A stretch of DNA of 64,000 nucleotides from Eledone cirrhosa. Taxonomy: Eukaryota. Position 1 is the first letter of the stretch. The number at the start of each line of letters is the position of its first letter. The DNA is taken from contig OZ024747.1 in NCBI GenBank assembly GCA_964016885.1, forward strand, positions 26,536,001 through 26,600,000. Direction: 5' to 3'. Positions 1 through 11,417 of the stretch are shown here, piece after piece. The notes below the pieces were generated by a model. The model was not told the origin of the DNA. It worked only from the letters and a program-made list of their open reading frames with translations, and searched no databases. The position numbers and the translations under genes are program-made.

Positions 1-2089
1 GCCTCGATCTCCGAGTCGGTCGATACCATTACTGTTACGTCATCGGCGTAGGCCGACACCGCTTTGCTCAATCCTGGTTCCAGGGGGATACCCTGCAACA
101 ACTCCAACTTCCTCAGTAAAGGCTTGAGAGTCAATACGTACAGAAGGGAGGAGAGAGGGCACCCCTGTCGAATGGATCGTGTGATTTTGAACGGCTTCGA
201 AAGGTAGCCGTTCACCTTGATCCTAGAACAGATGTGGTTGCTATGTAAGGCAATGATCCAGCCTCTGAAAACAGGACCGAACCCAGCCGCCACTAGCACC
301 GCATCCAGGTAACCATGGTCGACCCTATCGAAGGCCTTAGACTGATCCAAGTTGATCAGGGCCCCACCGAAGCCGGCTTTGTTGCCAACCCTCTTTATGA
401 TGTATCGCATGAGGTGGAGGTTATCGTGAATGGACCTGGATGGGATAGCACATGTCTGCGCATCTCCCACCAGGCCACCCACGACAAGCGCCAACCTCTT
501 TGCTAACACCTTGGCCAAAATCTTTAACTCTGTGTTTAGCAGGGTTATGGGCCGAAAATTATTTATACTATCTCCCTTGTTCTCGTCCTTCCTCACCTGC
601 GTGACTACGCCCTTGGCTACAGAACAAGGAATTCTCCCGTTCTGCTGCCAATTGCAGTAGACTGCTTCGAGGAGTTCGGAGAAGAAGACCGGCATTGCTA
701 AATAAAGTTCGTAAGGTATACCATCGAGACCTGGAGATTTGCGTCTGCTGCATTGGCTCAGCGCATCCCCGATCTCATCAGCCGAGATTGGTCCCTCGCA
801 GGACTCTGCCTCTTCGCTTGAGAGACGCGGCAGGCCGTCGAGGTATGGACCGAAATCCACGTCCCCGCCCGGACCCTCGCCTCCCCGAACAATCGGGCAA
901 AGTGCCTTTGAAAGGCCTCGCACATCTGCTTAGGCTCCCGGATCACCCGTCCATCCTCGTCTTGCAAAGACCAGATGGTGGATCGATTTCCACTCTTAGC
1001 TTCTGTCACGCGGGCCCAGCCAACGGCTTTGGCCCCCTCATTACCTAGAGCACGTATTTTACTTCGAATGACACAGCCTTCATGCTTTGCATCGAAAAAC
1101 TGGCTCACGGCCGTCCTCGATGCCAGCACTCTGGCCACATCTTCGCTCTTGATTGCCTCTTCTAATTTACCTGTTAATTCTTTCTCGTTCCTATTCCTAT
1201 CGGCAGCTAACATCTTGCTATAACTTATTGATTCTGTTCTAATCTCTCTTTTGAGAGATGCCCACCATCGGTTGTTGACGATTGCACCCGTCAACCTCTC
1301 CTTAACTAATCTGCTAATCCGGTCTCTGTAAGCCTCTTTTGCCGGTAAAGACAAATTAAGTTTCCAGTAACCGGGACCCTGTCTATGTGTTCTCTCGACG
1401 TTGACTACGCAGGTCACTAATTTGTGATCTGTATAGCCGGCCGTGAGCATTTCTGGACAGCTTAATATGTCCCTATCCTTACTTCTAACTAAGAATCTAT
1501 CTAAGTACGATCTAGATTGACCACTATGGTTCGTCCAAGTCCAGGTTGGCACAGTTGGAAAATCTAGTCGATATCTATTGACCAAGTTAAAACGGTCGAG
1601 TAACCCCTTGAGGCTGTTACACCCCCCTCTATTAGGACATGCTCCTGCATAGTCCCAACGTGCATCTAGGATGTCATTCCAGTCCCCTGCTAGAAGCAGG
1701 GAACGCGACGTTCCCAGAAAAGTCTCCAGACGCTGGAAGAAGTCGGGTCGTTCAGCTCCGAAAGGGGAATAGACGGCGACCAGTCTCAAGGCCGCAACGT
1801 CTAGCACCAACAAACGACCCTCCGGGTCCGAGTGAACAACCTGTACGGCGAGACCCAGGTGTTTTTCCAGCAGTACGACAACCCCACCCCCACCTCCAGG
1901 TTGACAGAGAGATGCGTGCACCTCAAAGTCATCGAAGGTAGGGGCCAGCTGCCGCACGACGCTGATCCGAGTCTCACAGATAACCATTATATTTATACCA
2001 CGTGACCTGGGGTCATTTAGAAGCTTTGCTTGCTTCCAAGTTGAGCCCAGGCCACATGCATTCAAACATCCTACTCTTAACACATCCAT
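1..2089 (-). pseudogene. Copy 1 ORF2 (endonuclease-reverse transcriptase), frameshifted near 880, incomplete in window
   Basis: ORF 758..2164 is homologous to the intact ORF2 of copy 3 until RHFARLFG and then leaves frame; RT sequence continues in another frame to position 1. ATG of MDVLRVG at 2089. Confidence 0.88.
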
Positions 2090-3841
2090 GTGGGCGGCAA
2101 AGCCAAAGGAGAGTGTAGAGACCAACCTTTCTGCTTCCCGGGGTTCGGGTCGCACGACTTCCATGGGGTCGGGGGTGTTGGATGAAGGGTGTCTTGTGGT
2201 GGTGTGGGGTCGTCAGTGTGTGGTGGGGTTGGGGTGTTTGGAGTTGTGTTGGGGAGGGGAAGGGGAGGGGATGGGGAAAGCTTTTTAGGAGGACGCGGTT
2301 TATGGGTTTGACAGAGGGTGGTCCTACGTCCTCTTTAAAATCCTTTTTTAGTTTTTGGTAGAGGTTCATTGGGTTCTTTATTAATTTTAAATGTGGGTAG
2401 TTTTCTGATGAAACAAAGTTTACACCTTCGGTTTGTACCGAAGGGTTATTGTTTATGAGTTCTTTTAATTTATTATTGTTTCTGTTGATGTAAGTATAGT
2501 GTAATATCTTTTTTTCGGATGGTGTGAGTGTTTCGAAGAGGGGGGGGGGGGGCAGGTTTGGTTTTGTTTGTTGCTGGAGGGGTGTTTTGTGTTTTGTTGG
2601 ATTGTGTTGACATTTGGGTAGGGGCTGTTTGGCCTTGTGTGTTTTGCACATGTTTTCTTTTTTTCCTTTTAATCTGTCTGAAGGACTCCGTTCTTCCTCC
2701 GAATTCGTTGGGTTATCTTCAGTGTTGGAGGGAAGAGGTATGTTTGCTGGTAATGTTTCCGTGTTAGTCTTCTTTGTGGAGGAGATGGATGTCACTGTGT
2801 TAGACTGTGCTGTGTGTTGTGGCAGCGGTGGTTGTGTTGTTTTATTGAGTGAGGGGTTGGGTGGGACTGTGTTTTGTTTTGGGGTAATGTGTTGTGTCTG
2901 TTTGTGCTGTGGTGGTGGTGTAGTTTTACTGAGGGACTGGTTGGGTGGGACTGAGTTTTGTTGTTTGTTTATCTGTTGTGGTGGTGGTGGAGCTGGTGTT
3001 GGTAGCAGGGATTTCTTCTTGTTGAGTTGGGGACAAGCCGCCTTCAGGTGCCCTCTGCCTGCACAGATATGACAGGACGGCCTTCTCCCCTCCACGCTAA
3101 TGTTTATATAGCCGTGGCCCTCTAATAGGATTCTGTCGGGTATTTGGGCAATGCGTTCAGGCTTCATTTGCACTACAAGTTCTATACCTGTTCCACTGAA
3201 CGCATTGCCTGTGGTTTTCCCAATGGAAATCACGTTGTCATTCGCTGGATCGATGAAGCCAGCTATGAGCCAGCAGTAGTCCATATCTGGCATCATCGCA
3301 TCCAGCCATATGCGCTGAGTTCTTTTACCCATATAAGATGGATAAAAGGTAAAATTTGTCGAACGAATCGGCGACAAAGCATATTTTTTTGCCGCCGATT
3401 CCTTCTTCATAATAATGGCCAGGCTTCCATACAGCCTGTCTCTTCTTATGAAAGTGGCTTCATTAAGTACTTCTCGAAGTACCGCTTTAATTTCTGCTTG
3501 TGTTGGTTGTTGTGGCTTTTTGAGATCTTGTTGATGGTGCGGAAAACGACCGTCCGACTTTCAATATCTTTGGTGAGTTTTTGGGGCATTTTTACTGACA
3601 AGGCTCCATTTTCCCCTTGAGTTATGAATTGTTTGGCGTTTTTTATTCTTTGTGCCACATCTGAAATATTTTCAGGTATGTATGTTAAAGATTTTTTTGT
3701 TGTTTGTGCAAATGAGATGTTATTGGTGTTGACTTTGTCGTCTGTTTTGCTTTCTGTTATGATGTTGTTGTTTTCAAATGTTATTTTTGTGTTTGTTGTT
3801 TCTTTGTTTGTGGTATTAATATTGTCATGCAATTCTTTCAT
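2013..3841 (-). pseudogene. Copy 1 ORF1 (gag-like, CCHC knuckle, Pro/Thr linker, conserved C-terminal block), frameshifted
   Basis: ORFs 3446..3841 and 2013..3410 are colinear with ORF1 of copies 2-4 (GENG.SI..P, FYPSYMGKRTQR, VEGRRPSC). Confidence 0.85.
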
Positions 3842-4265
3842 ATTTTTGTTGTTGTTGGAATCAATCTCCAGATTTGTGTTTTCGTCGACATTTTTCTCCG
3901 CACATTCGTCTGTTTTTATTTTATTTTTTTCTTTCCTTCTCTATGACGTTAGTTGGGAAGGAAGGGGGGACTAAAGCGTGCGAGCTTACAACTCTTACCG
4001 CTGTCCCCCCACCACTATTTTCGTTAGCTTCGTTTAACATTTCTCCCAGACGATTGAAATTTTATGCAACAAAATTTTTTAAAACAGGTTTTTCACCCTG
4101 GGAGGGGCGAAAATGAGCTGACTCACCGCCTGACAGTTCAGACGGGGGGTCAAGCTACACAATAGTATCAAAATTAAAATTAAACTTACAAAATTTCCGC
4201 AATAAATTGGAACAAAACTTCTGCGCGAAGTGAATTACGTCTACGCTATCGAACAGACGACAGCT

Positions 4266-4279
4266 AGATTAGATAGACA

Positions 4280-4370
<91 letters not shown>
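4266..4370 (+). repeat. (GATA)n microsatellite separating copy 1 and copy 2
   Basis: Over 20 perfect GATA units plus a degenerate left edge. Confidence 0.97.
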
Positions 4371-4371
<1 letters not shown>

Positions 4372-4598
4372 ATTTCTATTTATTTGCCACGAGGGCACAA
4401 AAGAAGGGGAAATTTACACAGTGGGGGAGTTTACATAAATCGAGTAAAGAAAAAAGGAATAACAATAATAATATAACAATAAAAAGTCCTCAAAAGGGAG
4501 GGGGCGTGTTGGGGATTGTACATACCCCCGAAAAGTGTGCAACTCTTTTCGCGGGGGAAGCCCAGAGAGGAGGCGCTCCCCCTTTCCTCTTCACTTCT

Positions 4599-7500
4599 TC
4601 ACCTACAGAGAGAAGGCCCATTTACACGGGCCATTCTCGCTTCTTTCACCCACCTTTCATAAAACTGTCTGGGACCAAGCACTTCTCTCTCCATCCTGAT
4701 CCTTCTTCCGAAGTGGTATCGGAAGAAGTAAACCAGGTGATGGCCGGAGAGAAAGTCACCCGACCTCAGACCTTTCAGGCGCGTCCACCACACAACCTCT
4801 TTCATCATGGCTATTATGCACAGAAAGACCGCCTCTGCTTCATTTCTGAAGGGAGGAGGCGGCTTGATGTTCACCACAGACTCGGCGGTTAATCGAATCG
4901 GCGCCACACGCGACAGCAGTCGTTCGACGTAGCCCCACAGATCGGCAACGCCCGGGCAGTGTACCAGTGCATGCGCAACGGTTTCCTCGTCGCGCACGCA
5001 TCTGGGACAGATCTTTTTCGCGGGATCCCTGCCCGGGCGCCCGTGTCTGTAGAGCTTTTCTCGAACGGGCAGAGCCCCCCGGTAACACTGCCAGGCTAGG
5101 GACCTCTGGAAGTTGTCCATGGGTCCCGGGCCGAAAGTTCTACCGAACAGGCTGGCCAGTTCGTCCTCCTCCATGCCTAGCGACTCTCCAAGGGTGTCGT
5201 CGCCCCTGCTAGCCACCAACCCTCGAAAGAATGTCGAGGTGGATTCTCCACTGACAGTCGGGTCCGCTTGCCAGATAGCCGTGAGCGCCTGGGCACACTC
5301 GGTGTGCCAGTTGCCCAGTTTTCTCGGTCTTTGCTTCACCCAGGATTGCAGTTCGGTGAGCGAGACGAGCTGTGGGAAGGCTCGCCTCACAAACGGGGCC
5401 CACACCGGCTGACCGTTGAGGAATACCTGTAGATGCCGTAGCCTCAATGCGTGCCTACGCATCAACAGCCACGGCATACCCAGCCCTCCTTTCGAAGGGT
5501 GCTGGCAGCAGATGGATCTCCTCACCATGGGAGGCCGCTTCTTCCAGAGGAACTGGAAGAGCATGCGTTCCATGATGGTGAGCTTTTCCTTGGGGCAAGG
5601 CAAGACGGTCAGGCAGTAGTAGATGACGGACGCTATGTAAGCGTTCGTCACCTCCGCCCGACCTTTCAGTGATAGTTTGCACTTGGCCCACTTCTGGGTC
5701 AGCGCAAACACCCTGCTCGTCACCTCGCCCCAATTCTTCTCCACCTGGAGGTCCGGTCCGAACCAGACCCCGAGCAGCTTCACCGGGCCCTCCGTCCACC
5801 GCCCGACGACACCGTCTAACGGCATCGGTTTGCCCCTCCACGTTCCGAGTTGCAAACCGACTGACTTGTCCTGGTTCAGCTTAGCCCCCGTCAGCCTTTC
5901 GTATTCCTCCAGTAGGGTGGCGATCGCCCCGATTTCCGAGGCGTCCGCCACCATTACTGTTACGTCGTCGGCATAGGCCGAGACCGCTTTGTGCAATCCT
6001 GGTTCCAGGGGTATGCCCCGCAGCAACTCCAACTTCCGCAGCAGTGGCTCGAGAGTCAATACGTACAGAAGGGAGGAGAGGGGGCACCCCTGTCTGATGG
6101 ATCGGGTGATTTGAAACGGCTCCGAGAGGTAGCCGTTTACTTTAATCCTAGAGTAGATCTTGCCACTGTGCATGGCAGAAATCCAGCCCCTGAAAACGGG
6201 TCCGAAGCCCGCCGCCGCTAGCACCGCATCCAGGTAACCATGGTCGACCCTATCGAACGCCTTAGATTGATCCAAGTTGATCAGGGCCCCACCAAAGCCG
6301 GGTTCGTAGCCAACCCTCTCGATGATGTATCGCATGAGGTGGAGGTTGTCGTGAATGGACCTGGACGGGATAGCGCATGTCTGCGCGTCTCCCACCAAAC
6401 CACCCACCACAAGCGCCAACCTCTTCGCCAACACCTTGGCCAAAATCTGTAACTCTGCATTCAGCAGAGTTATGGGCCTAAAGTTACTTAAGTCGTCCCC
6501 CTTGCTCTCGTCCTTCCTCACTAGCGTGACCACGCCCTTGGTTACAGAACAGGGAATTCTCCCGTTCTGTTGCCAGTTGCAATAGACAGCCTCGAGGAGT
6601 TCGGAGAACAAGACCGGCATAGCTAAATAAAGTTCGTATGGTAGACCATCGAGACCCGGGGATTTGCGTCTGCTGCATTGGCTGAGCGCTTCCCCGATTT
6701 CAGTGGCTGTGATTGGCCTTTCGCAGCACTCCGCTTCGCCGCTCGAAAGACGCGGTAGACCGTCGAGGTATGGACCGAAGTCCACATCCCCGTCCGGCCC
6801 CCCGCCACCTCCGAACAGTCGAGCAAAGTGCCTTTGAAAGGCCTCGCACATTCGCTCAGGTTCAAGGATCACCCGTCCATCCTGGTCTCGCAAAGACCGA
6901 ATGGTGGATTTAATCCCACTCTTGGCTTCTGTCACGCGGGCCCAGCTAACAGCTTTGGTCCCCTCGTTTCCTAAAGCACGTATTTTACTTCGGACAACGC
7001 AGCCTTCGTGCTTCGCGTCAAAGAACTGGCTCAATGCCGTTCTCGTCGCTAACACTCTGGCTACGTCTCCGCTCCTAATCGCCTCTTCTAGTTTATCTGT
7101 TAACTCCCTTTCCCTCCTATTTCTATTCGCCGCTAGTTCCTTACTGTAACCTATCGAACTTACTCTAATCTCTCTCTTTAGAGATATCCACCACCTACTG
7201 TTGACGATCGCTCCCGTCAACCGCATCTTAACTAAGCTACTAATCCGGTTTCTGTAATCTTTCTTTGTCGGTAAGGACAAGTTCATCTTCCAGTAACCGG
7301 GACCCTGTCTATGCGTTCTATCAAGGTTGACCACGCAGGTCACTAATTTGTGATCTGAATAGCCAACCATGATCAGTTCTGGACAACTAAATACGTCCCT
7401 ATCCTTACTCCTAACCAAAAACCTATCTAGGTACGATCTAGATTGTCCACTGCGGTTTGCCCAGGTCCAGGTTGGCGCAGTTGGACAATCTAGTCGAAAT

Positions 7501-8038
7501 CTATCGACCAGGTCGAATCGATCGAGTAACCCCTTGAGGCTGCTACACCCCCCTCTATCGGGACATGCCCCTGCATAGTCCCAACGCGCATCTAGGATTC
7601 CATTCCAGTCCCCCACTAAAAGCAGGGAACGCGACGTTCCTAGAAAAGTCTCCAGACGCTGGAAGAAGTCGGCTCTTTCCGCCCCGAAGGGAGCATAAAG
7701 ACCGACCAGTCTGAAAGCCCCGCCTTCACCGCCTCCGACGTCCAGCACCAGTAATCGACCCCCCGGGTCCGAGTGAACAATCTGTACGTCGAGAGTCAGA
7801 CGTTTATCCAGCAGTACGGCAACTCCCCCCCCCCCCCCCCGCCTCCGGGTTGACAGAGAGATGCGTGCATCTCAAAGTCATCGAAGGCGGGCGCCAGCTG
7901 TCTCACGCTGCTGATCCGACTCTCGCAAACAACCATCACATCTATACTTTGTGACCTGAGGTCACTTAGAAGCTTTGCTTGCTTCCAAGCTGAGCCCAGG
8001 CCACGCGCGTTCAAACAGCCAACTCTCAATTGATCTAT
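4599..8038 (-). pseudogene. Copy 2 ORF2 (APE-RT-CCHC) with a frameshift in a G homopolymer (~7824-7840) and a 10-bp deletion just before the stop
   Basis: ORFs 7796..8029 and 4599..7748 together match copy 3 ORF2. The C-terminus is GPSLCR versus GPSLYIVL in copy 3. Confidence 0.9.
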
Positions 8039-9869
8039 TTTGGTGTTGAAAGTGAAGAAAGAAAAGCACTTACCTCTCCGGGTTGCGTAATTTCCATGGC
8101 ATCAGGTGTGTTGGGTGGAGGGATGTTTTGTGGTGGTGTGGGGGTACACGTGTGTGGTGGGGTTGGGGTATTTGGAGTTGTGTCAGGGAGAGGGGCGGTT
8201 ATGGGGAAATCTTTCAAGAGGACGCGATTCAACGGTTTTAAACAGGGGGGGCTCACGTCCCGTCTAAATTGTTCTTTTAAAGAACGATAAAGGTCCAGAG
8301 GGACCTTTATCATTTTTAAATGGGTGAAGTTCTCTGTTGAGATAAAGTTTGGCCCTTCGGTCTGCACCATAGGGTTATTGTTTATTAATTTAACCAGTTT
8401 TTTGTTTTCTTTATTTATATATGTGTATTGCAACGTCTTTTTTTGTGATGCTGTCAATGTTTCGGAGAGGGGAGGCGCAGATTTATTTTTGTTTGTTGAG
8501 GGTGGGGTGTTTTTGATTGGAGTTGGTGTTTGTGTGTGGGTTATTTGTGGTGTGCTGGGTGTGTGTTTTCTTTTTTTTCTTTTAACTTGTCTGAAGGCTT
8601 CTCCTCCTTCTTCTTCAGAAGTTGGGGGAAACTCTTCAGCGCTAGGTGGGAGGGACGTGTTGTGTGGTTGTTTTTTTTTGCGGGAGGGGTAGATTTGTTA
8701 CTGTTTTTTTTATTATTTGTTTGGAATGGGTTTTGTGGTGGTGGTGGTGGTAATGTTTGTGTCGTGTTTGTGGTTGGTGATGGTGGTGGTGATGTTTGTG
8801 TTGTGGTTGGTGGTGGTGATTTTTGTGTCGTGCTTGTGTTTGGTGCTGGTGGTGGTGATGTTTGTGTTGTGTTTGTAGTTGGTGGTGTCTGTATTTTGTT
8901 TGCTGTGTGTGGTATTAGTGTATTTTTGGAGGTGGGTGGTGTTGGTGTACTGTTTGTGGTGGGTGTGGGCAATAGTCCTTTTTGGGGGATACGTTTCGGG
9001 CAGTTAGCCTTAACGTGTCCCCTTTCCATGCATAAATAGCATGCTGGTCTTCTCCCCTCTACAATTATGTATATTGGGGTAAGGTCATCCAGCCAGATGC
9101 GATCCGGGATTTGTGCTATTCTTTCGGGCCTCATTTGGACTAGTATATCGAGGCCCATTCCCAGGAACGCATCTCCAGTTGCCTTCCCCATTGACAGCAT
9201 TGTGTCTTCGCCCATATCTATGAAGCCAGCAATAGCCCACCAGAAGTCCATTGTGGGCAGCATTGTTTTTACTTTTACTCTCTGTGTTCTTCTACCCATG
9301 TAGGAGGGATAGAAGCTATATGTTGTCGATGAGAGTGGGCTTAGGGAAAGCTTCTCCGCCGTTTCCCTGTCTCTTGTTAGGACCGAAATGCTGCCATAGA
9401 GTCGGTCCTTTCGTATGAAGAGAATATTCTTCATATAGTCTTTTAGGACTAACTCTATTTCCATTTGGCTGGGCTGTGCTGGCTTTCTTGTCTGGTTCAG
9501 TATAGTTCTGTAGAGAACTGTGCTTTCTGTTCTGGCTTTTTTGAATTCTGGTGGGGAGTTAATGGAAAACATTCCGTTCTCCCCCAAAACAATGTGTTTC
9601 TTTGCTTCGGCCAGTTTTTCTCTGGCGGCAGTTAGGTCAATTGGTGTGTATCTAATGGATTGTTTTGTTTTCTGGGCGAAAGTTGCCCTGTTGTTATTTG
9701 TATTATTTTCTGTTTGTTTGTTTTCTGTTTGCTCATTTTCCTTAACATTTGTTTTTTCATTTTCTTTGTTTGTTTCATTGTCTAATTTTGTTGTAATTAT
9801 TTTTTGTTCTTCAGACTTGGGGGGCGTGGCAGAGCTAATGGCAGACATGTCTGCCATCTTTTCCGCCAT
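8035..9869 (-). CDS. Copy 2 ORF1 (CCHC gag-like), split at an A9 run (8671-8679)
   Basis: ORF 8541..9896 (first ATG 9869, knuckle CYLCMERGHVKANC) joins the frame of 8035..8457 (EEEGGEAFRQVKRKKRK...YTYINK) if one A is added. Confidence 0.85.
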
Positions 9870-10070
9870 GCTGCCAGGAAAGAAATTTTTCGGCAAAAAT
9901 AGATATTTATTTTACCCCCTAAAAAGGGGGTAAATGCAAAAATGTTTCCCTAAAAAACAGGGGTTAGTGTTCCAAATGTGTTGCACTGAAAAATTTATCC
10001 GGTACTTACAATAGTAAGGGTAAATCCCGATGGAATAGCGGAGCCGATGTGAAGCGTGTCTTACTCTATC

Positions 10071-10072
<2 letters not shown>

Positions 10073-10108
<36 letters not shown>
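10073..10108 (+). repeat. (GATA)9 at the 5' junction of copy 2
   Basis: Read directly from the sequence. Confidence 0.95.
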
Positions 10109-10110
<2 letters not shown>

Positions 10111-10174
10111 TTTATATATCGATATTTTATCGATCAAGAAAAGAATATTGTGAGTGATTTCACTGTTAATATTG

Positions 10175-10432
10175 GTTTTCAATTTAGGCACAGAGCCAGA
10201 AATTTGTGGGTAGGAAAAAAACGATTATACCGATTCCTGTAAACTACAGGAATCGGTATAATCGGCTTTCTTCTACCCACAAATATAATCGACTGGTACT
10301 TTATTTCATCGACCCCAGAAGAATGAAAGGCAAAGTTAACCTTGGCGGCATTTAAACTCAGAACGTAAAATGTTCGAACAAATACTACAAATCATTTTGT
10401 TCGAGGCTGTAAAGAGTTTGCCAATCCACCAC
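10175..10432 (-). mobile_element. tRNA-derived SINE (Nin/Deu-like central domain) containing an internal fold-back
   Basis: Shares the CTTTGCCTTTCAT..GGGGTCGAT.AAATAAAGTACCAG core and TGTGCC tail with other copies in the window. Confidence 0.75.
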
Positions 10433-10457
10433 ACTATTCTTTTTAGCAGTATATATA

Positions 10458-10835
10458 ATTTTATTTATGGGATATATCATGTGACTGCAGTTTAATACAG
10501 AAAGAAAAAAAAGAAAATTTAGACTGAGAAGAAAGGAGTGTAAAAAAGGAAAATATAAAGAAAAAAAGAGAAAAAGAAAAAAGACCAGAAAAGGGAGGGA
10601 AATGCAAGGACTCTAGTGTCACAGAAGCATGGGAGAGGGGAGACAATTGGGCTCTGGGCCTAGGGCGCGGCGGTAAAGTGGTTGCGCCCCGCGGACAAGA
10701 CCGCAAAAGCTTTCCCGCGGACAATGGCCAGCGACACTCGCTGCAACAGCCACCCCACCTCGCGGGACTCCTTTCTCACACGGGCCGCCGACATTCCGAT
10801 CTTGCGGAGGAGCTTGACTGTACGGGGTCCAGGTA
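10458..10835 (-). mobile_element. 5'-truncated 3' end of a CRE-like (RLE) non-LTR retrotransposon
   Basis: Manual translation of 10830->10660 gives GPRTVKLLRKIG...REVGWLLQRVSLAIVRGKAFAVL..., resembling the CRE C-terminal QR(I/L)S(L/V)AI.RGNA motif; the 3'UTR ends near AAATAAAAA. Confidence 0.72.
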
Positions 10836-10895
10836 CTTAAATCTATTTTTCCGCTATATTATTTTATTACCAGAAGATAATTCCATGAGTGCTGG

Positions 10896-11170
10896 ACTCC
10901 TAATGGGGTCGTAGGGACTCCATCGTTACACACGGCATGCCTTATGCATTTGAACCTGGCGGAGCCTATCCTTCTCCGGATCTGAACATAGCCAATAACT
11001 TCCGGGGAAATATAGAGAAAGAGAGATAAAGAAAGAATCTACCTTCACAACTGGACTGGCACTTTATAGACATTGAACTGATGAAAGGTCATCTTAGCGA
11101 TATTTGAATTCAGGGCGCTAAGAGCCGGAACGAATACTGCAAAGCATTCTATCAGAGGTTCTAACTATAA
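10896..11170 (-). mobile_element. Diverged SINE with long distinct 3' tail (same family as 43865 and 57640)
   Basis: The GTCGTAGGG...AACCTGGCGGAGCC...TCTCC.G tail joined to a SINE core is shared by three copies. Confidence 0.6.
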
Positions 11171-11219
11171 TTAGTTACTTAGCGAAGTAGGATAGATTAG
11201 CCTCTCTATATAAGTATTA

Positions 11220-11406
11220 CGCGGTGGATTGGCAGTATCGGTAGAGGGTCGGACGCCATGCTTTCCAGTATAGTTACGTCCCTTTACGGTCTGAGTTCAA
11301 ATCTCGCCGAGGTTAACTTTGCCTTTCATCCTTATGGGGTCGATAAAATAAAGTACCAGTAATGTACTGGGTAATTGCTGGCCTTGTGCCAAAAGTAGAA
11401 ACAATT
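11220..11406 (+). mobile_element. tRNA-derived SINE, full length (~185 bp)
   Basis: A-box-like TGGCAGTATCGG, B-box GAGTTCAAATC, conserved core and GGCCTTGTGCCAAAAGTAGAAAC tail; matches 43007 and 47713 in inverted orientation. Confidence 0.85.
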
Positions 11407-11417
11407 ATATATTATAC

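Larger units (their letters stand above)
1..4250 (-). mobile_element. L1/Tx1-type non-LTR retrotransposon, copy 1 (subfamily A); 3' part runs off the window edge
   Basis: ORF1 with CHIC..GH...C knuckle, then ORF2 with APE motifs (VGCLNACGL, GDWN, YLDRFLV, TDH) and RT motifs (QGCPLS, YADD near 40-170). The 5' end TCGATAGCGTAGACG abuts a GATA run. Confidence 0.93.
4371..10072 (-). mobile_element. Full-length L1/Tx1-type non-LTR retrotransposon, copy 2 (subfamily B, ~5.7 kb)
   Basis: 5'UTR-ORF1-ORF2-3'UTR with AATAAA (4379-4384), (GATA)n on both sides, and near identity to copy 3. Confidence 0.96.

Noticed and set aside
315-7578. Short plus-strand ORFs recurring antisense to ORF2 in each copy
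   Set aside because: Shadow ORFs of a GC-rich coding strand; they recur only because the elements are homologous.
1-10108. Telomeric HeT-A/TART-like retrotransposon array
   Set aside because: Head-to-tail arrangement is seen only for copies 1 and 2; there are no TTAGGG arrays and ordinary interspersed repeats surround the other copies.
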